Assembly (NCBI GenBank): GCA_018652265.1
Contig: JABICL010000039.1
Coordinates: 7,287-71,286, forward strand
Length of the DNA: 64,000 nt
Reading direction: 5' to 3'
Source of the DNA: Candidatus Peribacteria bacterium
GTDB lineage: Bacteria > Patescibacteriota > Gracilibacteria > Peribacterales > Peribacteraceae
Under the pieces are notes generated by a model. It had not been told where the DNA came from. It was given only the letters and a program-made list of their open reading frames with translations, and did not search any database. Made by a program: the position numbers and the translations under genes. Numbering within the stretch: position 1 is the first letter of the stretch; each line of letters begins with the position of its first letter. Shown piece after piece: positions 17,294-26,486 of the stretch.

Positions 17294-18049
17294 TTATATT
17301 TCAAAGAAGGAAACTGCATTACGCGTAGTAATTTCATCTATTTCTTTTGGAGACATATTTTTTACATCCGCAACACACTTTGCAATTTCTACTGTATAAG
17401 ATGGTTCATTTCTTTTTCCTCTATACAGAGCAGGGGACAAATATGGAGAATCTGTCTCCAGCATGATTCTATCTATTGGAGTTTTTTCTACTGTGTCTCT
17501 TATATCTTTTGCGTTTGGAAAAGTAATCATTCCAGTGAAAGATAGTAAATATCCTTCATCTAAAAACATTTTTATGTCTCCAAATTTTTCTGTGCAGCAA
17601 TGTACTACTAATTTTTTTGGCTTTATGTTTTTCACTATATCCCAAGTATCATTTATTGCCTCTCTAGTATGCACAACCACTGGCATATCATGATCATCTG
17701 CTATTTGTAACTGACGCTCAAAAACGTTTCTTTGTATATCTCTTGGAGACCTATCGTAATGATAATCAAGTCCTATCTCTCCAACTGCTACAACATTAAA
17801 ATCATCTATATGTTTTTTTAGCCTTTCCTCATATTCATCAGTCCATAAAGATGCATGATGTGGATGCAAGCCAGACATACAAGATATATCTTCATGCTCT
17901 TTTGAGAGTTTTATTGCATTGTTCGCTTCATCCAAAGAATCTACTGCGATTATCAATGGAGATACATTTGCTTCCCTAGATCTTTCTAGAACTTCTAGAA
18001 GATCATTTTTGTAAGCTTTATCTGTTAGATGGCAGTGTGTATCGATCAT
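17294..18049 (-). CDS. tatD: TatD-family metal-dependent hydrolase
   Basis: Start set at MIDTHCHLTD. Motifs HCH, GEIGLDYH, VVVHTR, HC and ETDSPYL. Confidence 0.9.
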   Translation of the reverse strand: MIDTHCHLTDKAYKNDLLEVLERSREANVSPLIIAVDSLDEANNAIKLSKEHEDISCMSGLHPHHASLWTDEYEERLKKHIDDFNVVAVGEIGLDYHYDRSPRDIQRNVFERQLQIADDHDMPVVVHTREAINDTWDIVKNIKPKKLVVHCCTEKFGDIKMFLDEGYLLSFTGMITFPNAKDIRDTVEKTPIDRIMLETDSPYLSPALYRGKRNEPSYTVEIAKCVADVKNMSPKEIDEITTRNAVSFFEI

Positions 18050-18071
18050 TAGTGATGCTAGAATACATGCA

Positions 18072-19067
18072 ATGTCACTTATCTTCAGCATATTACTGAT
18101 CATCGTAGGATTTTTCTTACTTATAAAAGGAGCAAATTTTCTAGTAGAAGGAGCATCTGTACTTGCTCACAGAGTAGGGGTTTCTGATCTTATGATTGGA
18201 CTCACCATAGTTGCGTTTGGTACCTCTATGCCTGAGCTACTTGTAAATATAATCGCAAGCTTGCAGGGAAATACAGATATAGCTATCGGAAATGTTGTAG
18301 GTAGCAATATAGCAAATACTTTTTTGGTACTAGGAGCTGCCGCATGCATTGCTCCACTATATGTCAAAGAAAGCACTGTCTGGAAAGAGATACCACTAGT
18401 TCTTCTTTCTACTGTAATTCTATTTGTACTTGTAAATGATGTTCTCATAGATGGTGAGTTCGTAGCGCAGATATCTAGATCAGAAGGAATGACACTAATT
18501 GGATTCTTTCTAATTTTTATGTACTACACATTTGGAATGGAATCTGTAAAAGACGGACATAAAGGCAAAGACATGCCTGTTCCATCAGCACTATTCTTCA
18601 TACTACTCGGATGTATTATGCTCCCGCTAGGAGGTAAATTATCTGTAGATGCTTCCATAGACATCGCACTTGCCTTTGGAGTAAGCGAGGCCTTTGTAGG
18701 ATTATCTATAGTTGCATTGGGAACTTCACTTCCAGAATTAGTAACTGCATGTGTAGCAACTTATAGAGGCAATGTAGATATGGCAATGGGTAACGTAGTA
18801 GGTAGTAATATTTTTAATATCTTATGGATCCTCGGAGCTAGCGCAATAATTAGACCATTGGTATTTAATCCAATTCTGAATCCAGATATTCTAATAGCCT
18901 TATTTGCATCGTTACTACTTCTGTTATTTATATATAACGGACCTTTTTATAAGAGAATGTTTTTCTTGTGGAGAAAAAGAGAGAGCTATGTGCTCGTAAG
19001 ATACGAAGGAATTATTTTGCTTCTATGTTATTTCGTATATATTGCTTATATTTCTATTAGGGGATAG
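18072..19067 (+). CDS. Ca2+/Na+ antiporter (CaCA/YrbG family)
   Basis: 331 aa, about 10 TM. Duplicated alpha-repeats GTSMPELLVNI...GNVVGSNIAN and GTSLPELVTAC...GNVVGSNIFN. Confidence 0.85.
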   Translation: MSLIFSILLIIVGFFLLIKGANFLVEGASVLAHRVGVSDLMIGLTIVAFGTSMPELLVNIIASLQGNTDIAIGNVVGSNIANTFLVLGAAACIAPLYVKESTVWKEIPLVLLSTVILFVLVNDVLIDGEFVAQISRSEGMTLIGFFLIFMYYTFGMESVKDGHKGKDMPVPSALFFILLGCIMLPLGGKLSVDASIDIALAFGVSEAFVGLSIVALGTSLPELVTACVATYRGNVDMAMGNVVGSNIFNILWILGASAIIRPLVFNPILNPDILIALFASLLLLLFIYNGPFYKRMFFLWRKRESYVLVRYEGIILLLCYFVYIAYISIRG

Positions 19068-19273
19068 ACCTTAATTTCTACAATATTTTTTGGAATATAC
19101 TTGTTGGTGAGAAAGTGAAGGATAAAACATCAGTTTTTGGTGGTATATGCAAGTGTAGCGGCTAATATGACATATAGGGCAAACACACTATTGTTCTTTG
19201 AAATGAGAGGCGAAAGGGGAGGAGTATCCCCTTACAAAGTTTCAGACTTTTGACAATTCGAGGAGTAAGAACG

Positions 19274-20131
19274 ATGAAGTACGGAATGAACATGTTGCTG
19301 TGGACAACAGAAGTGACTGATGCAGATGCGACTTTGCTGAATGATCTGAAGGAAGCAGGATTCGATGGAATCGAGGTCCCACTCTTTGATACCAATGTTA
19401 CAAAGAGCACGAAACTCAGGCCTATACTTGACGACATTGGTCTTGAGCGGACAGCTGTCACGATTTGCAGTGCAGATAGCAATCCTGTCAGCAGCATCAC
19501 TGCGAAGGCCGCCATCGATCATCTGAAGAGAGCGATTGACTCTTGTCATGAACTCGGAGTGAAGGTGCTATGCGGACCATTTCATTCGGCTCTTGGCGTA
19601 TTCTCAGATGCAGGACCAACTGCAGAGGAGCTTGAGTGCTCACAGAATGTGATGCGCACGGTTGCAGAGTATGCAAAAGAGGCAGAAGTCATGCTGGCAC
19701 TTGAATACCTCAATCGATTCGAGTGCTACCTGCTCAACTGCGCTGAAGACACAGCGAAATTCGTGGATGCTGTCGATCATCCAAATCTGAGATCGATGTA
19801 CGACACATTCCACGCACACATCGAGGAAAAAAACATCATTGACGCCATCAAAAACCTCGGAAACCGCATTGTGCATGTGCATGCCTCTGCGAACGATCGT
19901 TCAACACCAGGTACAGGTGCTGTGGACTGGGAAAACACGTTCGACGGTCTATATAACACCAGTTACGACGGCTGGATCGTCATCGAAGCCTTTGGAAGGT
20001 CGATGCCTGATCTGATCGCAGCGACCAAGATCTGGAGGTCCATGTTCAATGGGACCGAGTTGGAATTGGCAATCGCAGGATTGAAATTCTTGCGCAGAGA
20101 AGTACGAGCAGCTTGGGGTCTGCCCTCCTAG
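19274..20131 (+). CDS. Sugar phosphate isomerase/epimerase (xylose-isomerase-like TIM barrel), GC-rich and probably foreign
   Basis: Start set at MKYGMNMLLWT behind the AGGAG Shine-Dalgarno (GAGGAGTAAGAACGATG). Pattern E...H.H...D...IEAF is typical of the fold. The line 19561-19620 is 52% GC against 27% in 18901-18960. Confidence 0.75.
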   Translation: MKYGMNMLLWTTEVTDADATLLNDLKEAGFDGIEVPLFDTNVTKSTKLRPILDDIGLERTAVTICSADSNPVSSITAKAAIDHLKRAIDSCHELGVKVLCGPFHSALGVFSDAGPTAEELECSQNVMRTVAEYAKEAEVMLALEYLNRFECYLLNCAEDTAKFVDAVDHPNLRSMYDTFHAHIEEKNIIDAIKNLGNRIVHVHASANDRSTPGTGAVDWENTFDGLYNTSYDGWIVIEAFGRSMPDLIAATKIWRSMFNGTELELAIAGLKFLRREVRAAWGLPS

Positions 20132-20212
20132 AAGAACACAATCGTTTGCCCACGATTACAGCTGCATCATCCACTTGGCGATGTAGCTGTTTTCTCATAC
20201 AATCTGTATTGT

Positions 20213-20289
20213 GCCACGGTAGCTCAGTTGGTTAGAGCACGGGACTCATAAGCCCGGGGTCGCAGGTTCAATTCCTGCCCGTGGCACCA
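20213..20289 (+). tRNA. tRNA with CAT anticodon (elongator Met, or Ile2 if lysidinylated), CCA encoded
   Basis: GCCACGGTAGCTCAGTTGGTTAGAGCACGGGACTCATAAGCCCGGGGTCGCAGGTTCAATTCCTGCCCGTGGCACCA. An A31.G39 mismatch closes the anticodon stem. Confidence 0.8.
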
Positions 20290-20306
20290 AAGTGTACAAT
20301 ACCTCC

Positions 20307-21410
20307 ATGCGCGTTGCACTAGTCCACGAATTACTTACTATGAGAGGCGGAGCAGAGAGGCTATTTAAAACAGTTTCTGATATGTTTCCAGAGGCTCCCA
20401 TATATACGTTGCTATACGATAAAAAGAAGCTCGGAGACTGGTTCTCGCAAGAACGCATAATTACATCCAAGCTTCAAAAGTTTGCCTTTAGTTACAATCA
20501 CCATTTGTATCTAAGAAGATTTCCAAAAGCTATAGAGTCTTTCGATTTTTCTGATTTCGATGTTGTCATAAGTTCTTCATCTGCTTTTGCGCACGGAATA
20601 ATTACAAAAGGCCGCACTAAACATATCTGCTATGTAAACAGTCCAGCGAGATATTTGTGGGATAGAACTCACGATGTGATAGATAAAGCAAATACTGGAA
20701 TTCTAGGTCCTATAAAAAAGAAATATCTGGAAAATACTTTCCATAAGCTCAGACAATGGGACTGTTATGCTGCGGATAGACCAGATGTGATTTTGTCTGC
20801 TTCGAAAGAAGTACAGAAACGAGTAGAGCTTTATTGGAGGAGAGAAAGTGAAGTGGTGTATCCATGTGTGGATGACTTCTGGCTTGCGCCAGAAATGAAT
20901 AATGAAAAATGTATAATGAACAATTTTGGAAAATATTTCTTAATAGTTTCTACTCTTGTCCCATACAAACGAATCGAGATCGCAATAGAAGCATGTGAAA
21001 AAGCAGGAGCAAGCTTAAAGATAGTAGGGGAGGGGCCAGATAAAAAAAGGCTCATGAAACTTGCAGGAAACCACACTGAATTTCTAGGATACAAAACACA
21101 TGAAGAAGTTCGAGATTTATATACAAATGCGAAGGCAACTCTATTTCCTGGAGAAGAAGACTTTGGACTTGTACCACTAGAATCTATGTCCTGTGGCACA
21201 CCTGTAATTGCATACGAAAAAGGCGGAGCACTGGAAACTATTTTAGAAAATCAGACTGGAGAATTTTTCCAAGACCCAGATCAGCTAGAGCTAATTATTA
21301 AAAACTTTGATAAAACAAAATTCGATCCACAGGCATGCAAAAATAGAGCTCAGGAATTTTCTAGAGATAGGTTTGAAGAAGGAATTCGCTCTGCAATAGC
21401 TAAAGCATAG
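20307..21410 (+). CDS. Glycosyltransferase family 4 (GT-B)
   Basis: MRVALVHELLTMRGGAERLF N-terminus and the C-terminal EX7E-type motif GEEDFGLVPLESMSCGTPVIA. A GTG at 20292 is an alternative start 3 nt after the tRNA. Confidence 0.8.
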   Translation: MRVALVHELLTMRGGAERLFKTVSDMFPEAPIYTLLYDKKKLGDWFSQERIITSKLQKFAFSYNHHLYLRRFPKAIESFDFSDFDVVISSSSAFAHGIITKGRTKHICYVNSPARYLWDRTHDVIDKANTGILGPIKKKYLENTFHKLRQWDCYAADRPDVILSASKEVQKRVELYWRRESEVVYPCVDDFWLAPEMNNEKCIMNNFGKYFLIVSTLVPYKRIEIAIEACEKAGASLKIVGEGPDKKRLMKLAGNHTEFLGYKTHEEVRDLYTNAKATLFPGEEDFGLVPLESMSCGTPVIAYEKGGALETILENQTGEFFQDPDQLELIIKNFDKTKFDPQACKNRAQEFSRDRFEEGIRSAIAKA

Positions 21411-22446
21411 CTTCCTGTACAACTCCTCCTGGTACTTCCAGGCCCATATGTGCATAAGCAAGAGGAGTAACCTCTCTTCCTTGCGTTGTCCTCTTCAAAA
21501 ATCCAAGCTGAAGTAAGTATGGCTCATATACATCTTCTAGAGTTTGTTCTTCTTCTGCAGTGGCAGCTGCCAAGGTAGAAAGTCCTACAGGGCCTCCTGC
21601 AAATTTCTCTATTATTGTAGACAGAATTTCACGATCAGTTGCATCCAATCCCTTACCATCTATATCCAAAGATTTCAGAGTATCTCGAGCGCGAGACTCA
21701 CAGATATTTTCTTCTTTATTCATCTGTGCAAAGTCACGCACAGATCGCAAGATTCTATTTGCAATTCTAGGTGTTGATCTACTAGAACATCCAATCATAT
21801 GTGCTGCACTTTCTTCTATAGATAGATTTAAAATATTTGCAGAACGATTCACTATGGATGTCATCTCTATATGATTATAAAAACTTAATTTAAAATTATG
21901 TACAAACCTATCTCTAAGAGGCGCACTTACTGAACCTACTTTTGTAGTCGCTCCAACCAAAGTAAACGGCTTTACATCTATTCTCATAGATCTCGCTGAT
22001 GGCCCTTTTCCGATCATTATATCCAGAACAAAGTCTTCCATAGCACTATATAAAACCTCTTCTATAGCAGGACGAAGTCTATGAATCTCATCTATAAATA
22101 AAACATCACCTGATTGTAAGTTTGTAAGTATAGAAGCTAAATCTCCAGGCTTTTCTATAGCAGGACCTGTAGTAAGTCTGATCTGGGAATTCATCTCTGA
22201 TGCTACGATGTGAGCCAAGGTTGTTTTACCAAGACCTGGAGGCCCATGAAGAATAGTGTGACCAAGAGGTTCTTTCCTTTGCTTCGCCGCTTGCATATAT
22301 ACAAGCATGTGTTCTTTTATTTTTGATTGTCCTATATATTCCTTAATCGATTTAGGACGTAACGTCTGTTCAAAAACCTCAGTGTCATTATTCTTAGACT
22401 TAGTATCTACTACTTTTTGCCTTCTAGCTGGACGCTTGATTGCCAC
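21400..22446 (-). CDS. ruvB: Holliday junction DNA helicase RuvB
   Basis: Walker A GPPGLGKTTLA, Walker B LFIDEIHRL, sensor RDRF, and a C-terminal winged helix. Confidence 0.95.
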   Translation of the reverse strand: MAIKRPARRQKVVDTKSKNNDTEVFEQTLRPKSIKEYIGQSKIKEHMLVYMQAAKQRKEPLGHTILHGPPGLGKTTLAHIVASEMNSQIRLTTGPAIEKPGDLASILTNLQSGDVLFIDEIHRLRPAIEEVLYSAMEDFVLDIMIGKGPSARSMRIDVKPFTLVGATTKVGSVSAPLRDRFVHNFKLSFYNHIEMTSIVNRSANILNLSIEESAAHMIGCSSRSTPRIANRILRSVRDFAQMNKEENICESRARDTLKSLDIDGKGLDATDREILSTIIEKFAGGPVGLSTLAAATAEEEQTLEDVYEPYLLQLGFLKRTTQGREVTPLAYAHMGLEVPGGVVQEAML

Positions 22447-22461
22447 GCGTAGATTGTACCA

Positions 22462-23334
22462 CTACTCGTGCTTATGAACCCCCCGATCTATCATCTTTTG
22501 AATTTCCTCGATTAGATCAAGTAGCTCCTCAAAATCCTTAAGTCTGTGATGCGGAGACTGCTTTCTCCAAAAATGCACAATTCCATTACAGGTCTCAAGT
22601 AGCTGGTGAAGCTCGGAAACACATTCTTTTTGAGCAATCCAATCTACATGTTTAGATCCAAGCATAGAAATCAATCTATCCACACGATACATAGTTCTAT
22701 GAACACCTTCTTGCAGAAGTTCTTCGCGTTTATCATCTATCGTATAAAGCCTGTTTTTCTCATCATAAAAATCAGGTATACGACGCAAATAACTCTGCGC
22801 TTGTCTGTATGCAGTTGTTAAATCAAACCATTCATCTTCACTTATTGCATGTTTTTCATTTGCCAGAATCATAATTCTATCTAGATCTTTTCTGACTATA
22901 TAAAATCCTTCACGGATATTATGGAACATATCTTCAAATGAAAGCTTATGTATTTGTTTGAGAGCAATGTCTTGCCTGTGTGAAACTAGCTTTGTTACAA
23001 ATACAGCAAATACAAATAACGCAGACATACTCTGAATTGCTGCCAAGAATTTAGAAAAACCATTCGGTGTCACATCACCATATCCTGTAGAAGTTGCAGT
23101 TATCACACTGAAATACAAAGTATTTGCGAGTCTCTGCATCGTATTCATTCCCTCTAGTGCTTCTGGTCCATGTCCAGGTAAATATTCAAGCAAGAAATAT
23201 ACAACACCAAATCCAAGAGCTAATCCTATCCATATGAGAAACAAAGTCTGATAAGAAAGGCTAGTTATGGAATCCATCGCTCGCATAAGGCGACCGTGGT
23301 TCCTTTGCCAGAAATTTTTCATTCCACTAAGCAT
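22462..23334 (-). CDS. Two-TM potassium channel family protein
   Basis: K+ selectivity filter TATSTGYGDVTP between two TM helices. The cytoplasmic C-terminal domain is of unknown type. Confidence 0.7.
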   Translation of the reverse strand: MLSGMKNFWQRNHGRLMRAMDSITSLSYQTLFLIWIGLALGFGVVYFLLEYLPGHGPEALEGMNTMQRLANTLYFSVITATSTGYGDVTPNGFSKFLAAIQSMSALFVFAVFVTKLVSHRQDIALKQIHKLSFEDMFHNIREGFYIVRKDLDRIMILANEKHAISEDEWFDLTTAYRQAQSYLRRIPDFYDEKNRLYTIDDKREELLQEGVHRTMYRVDRLISMLGSKHVDWIAQKECVSELHQLLETCNGIVHFWRKQSPHHRLKDFEELLDLIEEIQKMIDRGVHKHE

Positions 23335-23405
23335 TTCCTACTATTTTACCAGAAATAGCCGTTTTTTGGAATAATATGCTTCGACTCAGCCTGACATACA
23401 GAATA

Positions 23406-23520
23406 GCAAGCGAGCAGGCGGTATTTTGCGTAAGAAATCGATCCGAAACCTCTGATAAGTAATAAACGGTGATGGGTTACGTCGATTTCGTCGCATATAC
23501 CGCCTTAAGCGAGCGAGCGG
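23406..23520 (+). repeat. Family A repeat, copy A3 (centre type 1)
   Basis: GCAAGCGAGCAGGCGGTATTTTGCGTAAGAAATCGATCCGAAACCTCTGATAAGTAATAAACGGTGATGGGTTACGTCGATTTCGTCGCATATACCGCCTTAAGCGAGCGAGCGG. Confidence 0.9.
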
Positions 23521-23524
23521 AATG

Positions 23525-24079
23525 CTAAACAGAAATTAGCGACAATGCCTCATCGAAAGCACCATCTATCTTCCCTCTATCATTCTCAGTAGGCCTAGAA
23601 AGCACATAAGAAGATAGATCAACGCCTGCCTGCTGAAAGCTTCCAGATTCTGGAGCTGTTTCACCTCGTATTCCAATTCTGATTCTTGGAAAGATTTCTC
23701 CAATCTGTTCCACAATAGATTTAAGTCCATTATGAGATCCTGCACTACCAGAATCTTTCAGGCGAGTCATTCCAACTCCTAGGTCTATATCATCTGCAAG
23801 AACTAAAACATCTTTTGGTTCAAGCTTGTAAAAATCAATTATTTTTTTCACACATTCACCTGATCTATTCATATATGTAGCAGGCTTAACAAGTAGAGCA
23901 GGAGAGTCCTCAATATTTGCCTCCATTGTGTCTGCCATAAACTTCTGATTTGGCTGCCAATTAGATTCGCCAAATTTTTCTCCAATCTTATCTATCGCTG
24001 CAAACCCAACATTATGACGAGTTCCATCATAATCCTTTCCTGGATTACCTAGCCCAATGATTACTCTTTTTGGCTTCAT
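23525..24079 (-). CDS. pth: Peptidyl-tRNA hydrolase
   Basis: IIGLGNPGKDYDGTRHNVGF and SAGSHNGLKS motifs. Confidence 0.9.
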   Translation of the reverse strand: MKPKRVIIGLGNPGKDYDGTRHNVGFAAIDKIGEKFGESNWQPNQKFMADTMEANIEDSPALLVKPATYMNRSGECVKKIIDFYKLEPKDVLVLADDIDLGVGMTRLKDSGSAGSHNGLKSIVEQIGEIFPRIRIGIRGETAPESGSFQQAGVDLSSYVLSRPTENDRGKIDGAFDEALSLISV

Positions 24080-24093
24080 ATTAAATTAAAAAT

Positions 24094-24702
24094 TTATTCT
24101 ACTTCTACTTCTTCCTCCTCTCCTTCTCTCTCTTTTAAATACATTCTCTCTGAAACTATATCTGCGATTATATCTTTTATAGCTGAGCTATCCTTCATAT
24201 TCTTTGTACGTATACAAGATTCCTGACACGCAAGAATTGTAGATTCTACATCCCGCGGACGCTTAACATCTTCTATAGAGAAAACAGAGCCAGTACTTAT
24301 TTTTTCTATACTTACAGTTCCAAATCCAAAAATAGTTCCTAGTATTCCTTCTATCTCATAACTTACCCCCTCTATAGAACTATAATCTATTCTGGTGCTT
24401 TGCCTATGAAACCATCCATGCCATTCCACATCTATCACAGCAGTATTAGTAATAAGCCAAGCATCTAGATAATAATCCAAAAAATTTCTAAGCATCCACA
24501 CCAATATTCCTATATCCACTGCAATAATTAGTATTACCATTGGAGTAAATGGCAAATAATAAAGCACTCCCCAAGATGCAACTAAAGAAATAAAAGGTAA
24601 GACCAATTCCTTCACTCCATGTACCCAGTGCTTATGTATAGCGACATACAATTCCTCATCATCCTCCAGATGTTTATAAAAGAGGCGTTCAAACATGTTC
24701 AT
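24094..24702 (-). CDS. Membrane protein with bacterial PH (YdbT-like) domain
   Basis: 202 aa. E.LY.AIHKHW start, two TM helices, then a beta-rich domain and an acidic tail. Confidence 0.4.
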   Translation of the reverse strand: MNMFERLFYKHLEDDEELYVAIHKHWVHGVKELVLPFISLVASWGVLYYLPFTPMVILIIAVDIGILVWMLRNFLDYYLDAWLITNTAVIDVEWHGWFHRQSTRIDYSSIEGVSYEIEGILGTIFGFGTVSIEKISTGSVFSIEDVKRPRDVESTILACQESCIRTKNMKDSSAIKDIIADIVSERMYLKEREGEEEEVEVE

Positions 24703-24757
24703 ATTCTATAGCATCCGTTATTTTTGTAATAGGGGAACTCGTGTTATCCTGTACCCA

Positions 24758-25393
24758 ATGCCATTTAATAGATCTGTGAATAAGGCGCAAAAAAGTTTTC
24801 TATACAACGTATGCGACGTTCTTTTGAATGTTGTAATTATCGTAGCCACAGTGGCAGTTATACGTACTTTTATAGTTTCACCCTTCGAAGTAGAAGGTAA
24901 TTCTATGGTTCCAACTCTAGAAGATAATCAATACATCATAATAAATAAATTCAATTATATTTTTGGAGAACCATCTCGTGGAGATGTAGTCGTATTTCAC
25001 CCACCATCTGATTCACGAAAATATTACGTAAAAAGAATAATAGGAATGCCAGGCGATAAGATTGTTATTCGTGATGGAGACGTATTTATAGAAGACAATG
25101 GTGTTGAACGTGAACTAAAAGAAAATTACTTAGATGAAAAAAATACAGGTCGTACTTTTATAGCGCCTGTGGGAACAGGGGATAAGAGTGAGAAAAAATA
25201 TTTTGTACCAAACGGATCTTACTTTTTACTTGGCGACAACAGACAGGGGAGCTTAGATTCCAGAAGCTTTCGTAACGCTCAGGGAGAGGAGACTCCATAT
25301 GTAGAGACAGAAAATATTTCTGGAAGAGTTTGGCTTGTAGCACTTCCAATTACGAAGAGTCACGCACTGCAAACACCAAATTACGAGCAGTAG
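24758..25393 (+). CDS. lepB: Signal peptidase I
   Basis: Start set at MPFNRS. Motifs EGNSMVPTL (Ser), GDVVVF, YVKRIIGMPGD (Lys) and LGDNRQGSLDSR. Confidence 0.85.
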   Translation: MPFNRSVNKAQKSFLYNVCDVLLNVVIIVATVAVIRTFIVSPFEVEGNSMVPTLEDNQYIIINKFNYIFGEPSRGDVVVFHPPSDSRKYYVKRIIGMPGDKIVIRDGDVFIEDNGVERELKENYLDEKNTGRTFIAPVGTGDKSEKKYFVPNGSYFLLGDNRQGSLDSRSFRNAQGEETPYVETENISGRVWLVALPITKSHALQTPNYEQ

Positions 25394-25450
25394 AGGTAAT
25401 TTAGCATAGATGACTAATGTATAGATATATTGTATAATATAAGATGTGAT

Positions 25451-25492
25451 ACCACTTCGTCCCTCGGCTAGCTCGGGACTTCGCGGCATCAG
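25451..25492 (+). repeat. GC-rich repeat family D, copy 2
   Basis: ACCACTTCGTCCCTCGGCTAGCTCGGGACTTCGCGGCATCAG; compare 4681-4726. Confidence 0.75.
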
Positions 25493-25510
25493 ACTTAATT
25501 ACAACTTGAT

Positions 25511-26263
25511 ATGAGAAAGTATTTGCTACTGTTCACCCTAGCACTTTCCGCCTGTATCGGCGGAGACAAAGAATTCGATCCATCTAGCATACAAACTGGT
25601 AGAAGCTCTATGCGCGCAAGTGCAGAATTTGCCAAAAAGATAATACGAAAATCAAATAAAAAGGCTGCATTGGTAGGAACTTATGTTGGTACAGATTTAA
25701 GTATGGAAGCAAAAGCAGACGAAGAAATTCCAGATGAAATAAATCTGCCAAAAGGAAGAATCACAGAAGATACTGAACTTATAGATGCACTTGTAGAAGT
25801 ATTAGAAGTAGATGTTCAAAATTATCTAAACAGATCAAAAGATAGATCTATTGCACTTAGAGAATATATTTCATCTCTTTCATCTCATGTTAAACAAGCA
25901 GAAGTAAGAATAAGAACTTTGTCTGATAATAGAGATTCTTATTCAGATGATGTAAAAAGGCTTGGCAGGGGAGTAAAAGATCTAAGAAAAGAGATAGATG
26001 ATTCTATACTTGATAGTTCAGGAAGAAGTACTACGTTGCTACTGGATGATATAAAAAACAGACAAGACACTCTCTCTGAAGCAGAGACAGATTTAGTAAT
26101 TACAGAACGATTACTAGATGCATACGAAGATATAATAGAACCAGGACAAAAACGCTTAAGCGCAATACAAGAAAATATGGATGCTCTAGTAAAAGGTGTA
26201 AAAGTTGTAGATATTCCAGGAGCAGAGGAATTGGGAGTGTTAGAAAGTGGTGGTAGGAGATAG
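25511..26263 (+). CDS. Lipoprotein, coiled-coil rich, unknown function
   Basis: Lipobox in MRKYLLLFTLALSAC. The remainder is charged and helical. Confidence 0.5.
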   Translation: MRKYLLLFTLALSACIGGDKEFDPSSIQTGRSSMRASAEFAKKIIRKSNKKAALVGTYVGTDLSMEAKADEEIPDEINLPKGRITEDTELIDALVEVLEVDVQNYLNRSKDRSIALREYISSLSSHVKQAEVRIRTLSDNRDSYSDDVKRLGRGVKDLRKEIDDSILDSSGRSTTLLLDDIKNRQDTLSEAETDLVITERLLDAYEDIIEPGQKRLSAIQENMDALVKGVKVVDIPGAEELGVLESGGRR

Positions 26264-26280
26264 CAACTCTATTATTAAAC

Positions 26281-26424
26281 AGTGGTTAGTGACTATGCTT
26301 CGACTCGCACTTCGACTCGTAGAACTTAAGCATCGCGACTTCGTCGCTCCGCTTCAAGTTCAACTCGCTCAGTACGGCTCAGCATGACATATTCATCACA
26401 ACTACCCACTACTCACTAACCACT
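26281..26424 (-). repeat. Family B repeat copy B2 (26295-26390) enclosed by a perfect 12-bp inverted repeat
   Basis: AGTGGTTAGTGA (26281-26292) and TCACTAACCACT (26413-26424) bracket the reverse-oriented B copy ATGCTTCGACTCGCACTTCG...GCTCAGCATGACAT. Confidence 0.85.
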
Positions 26425-26486
26425 AACTACTTGTTATTAACTTCTTTTTATTATCTCAATCTTACCTCTCCTGCTACAATCTCCCT

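Noticed and set aside
26396-26486. A glmS ribozyme or riboswitch upstream of glmS.
   Set aside because: The leader is essentially absent (the -10 box is 6 nt from the ATG), and the upstream sequence is repeat B2 plus an AT-rich spacer with none of the conserved ribozyme core.
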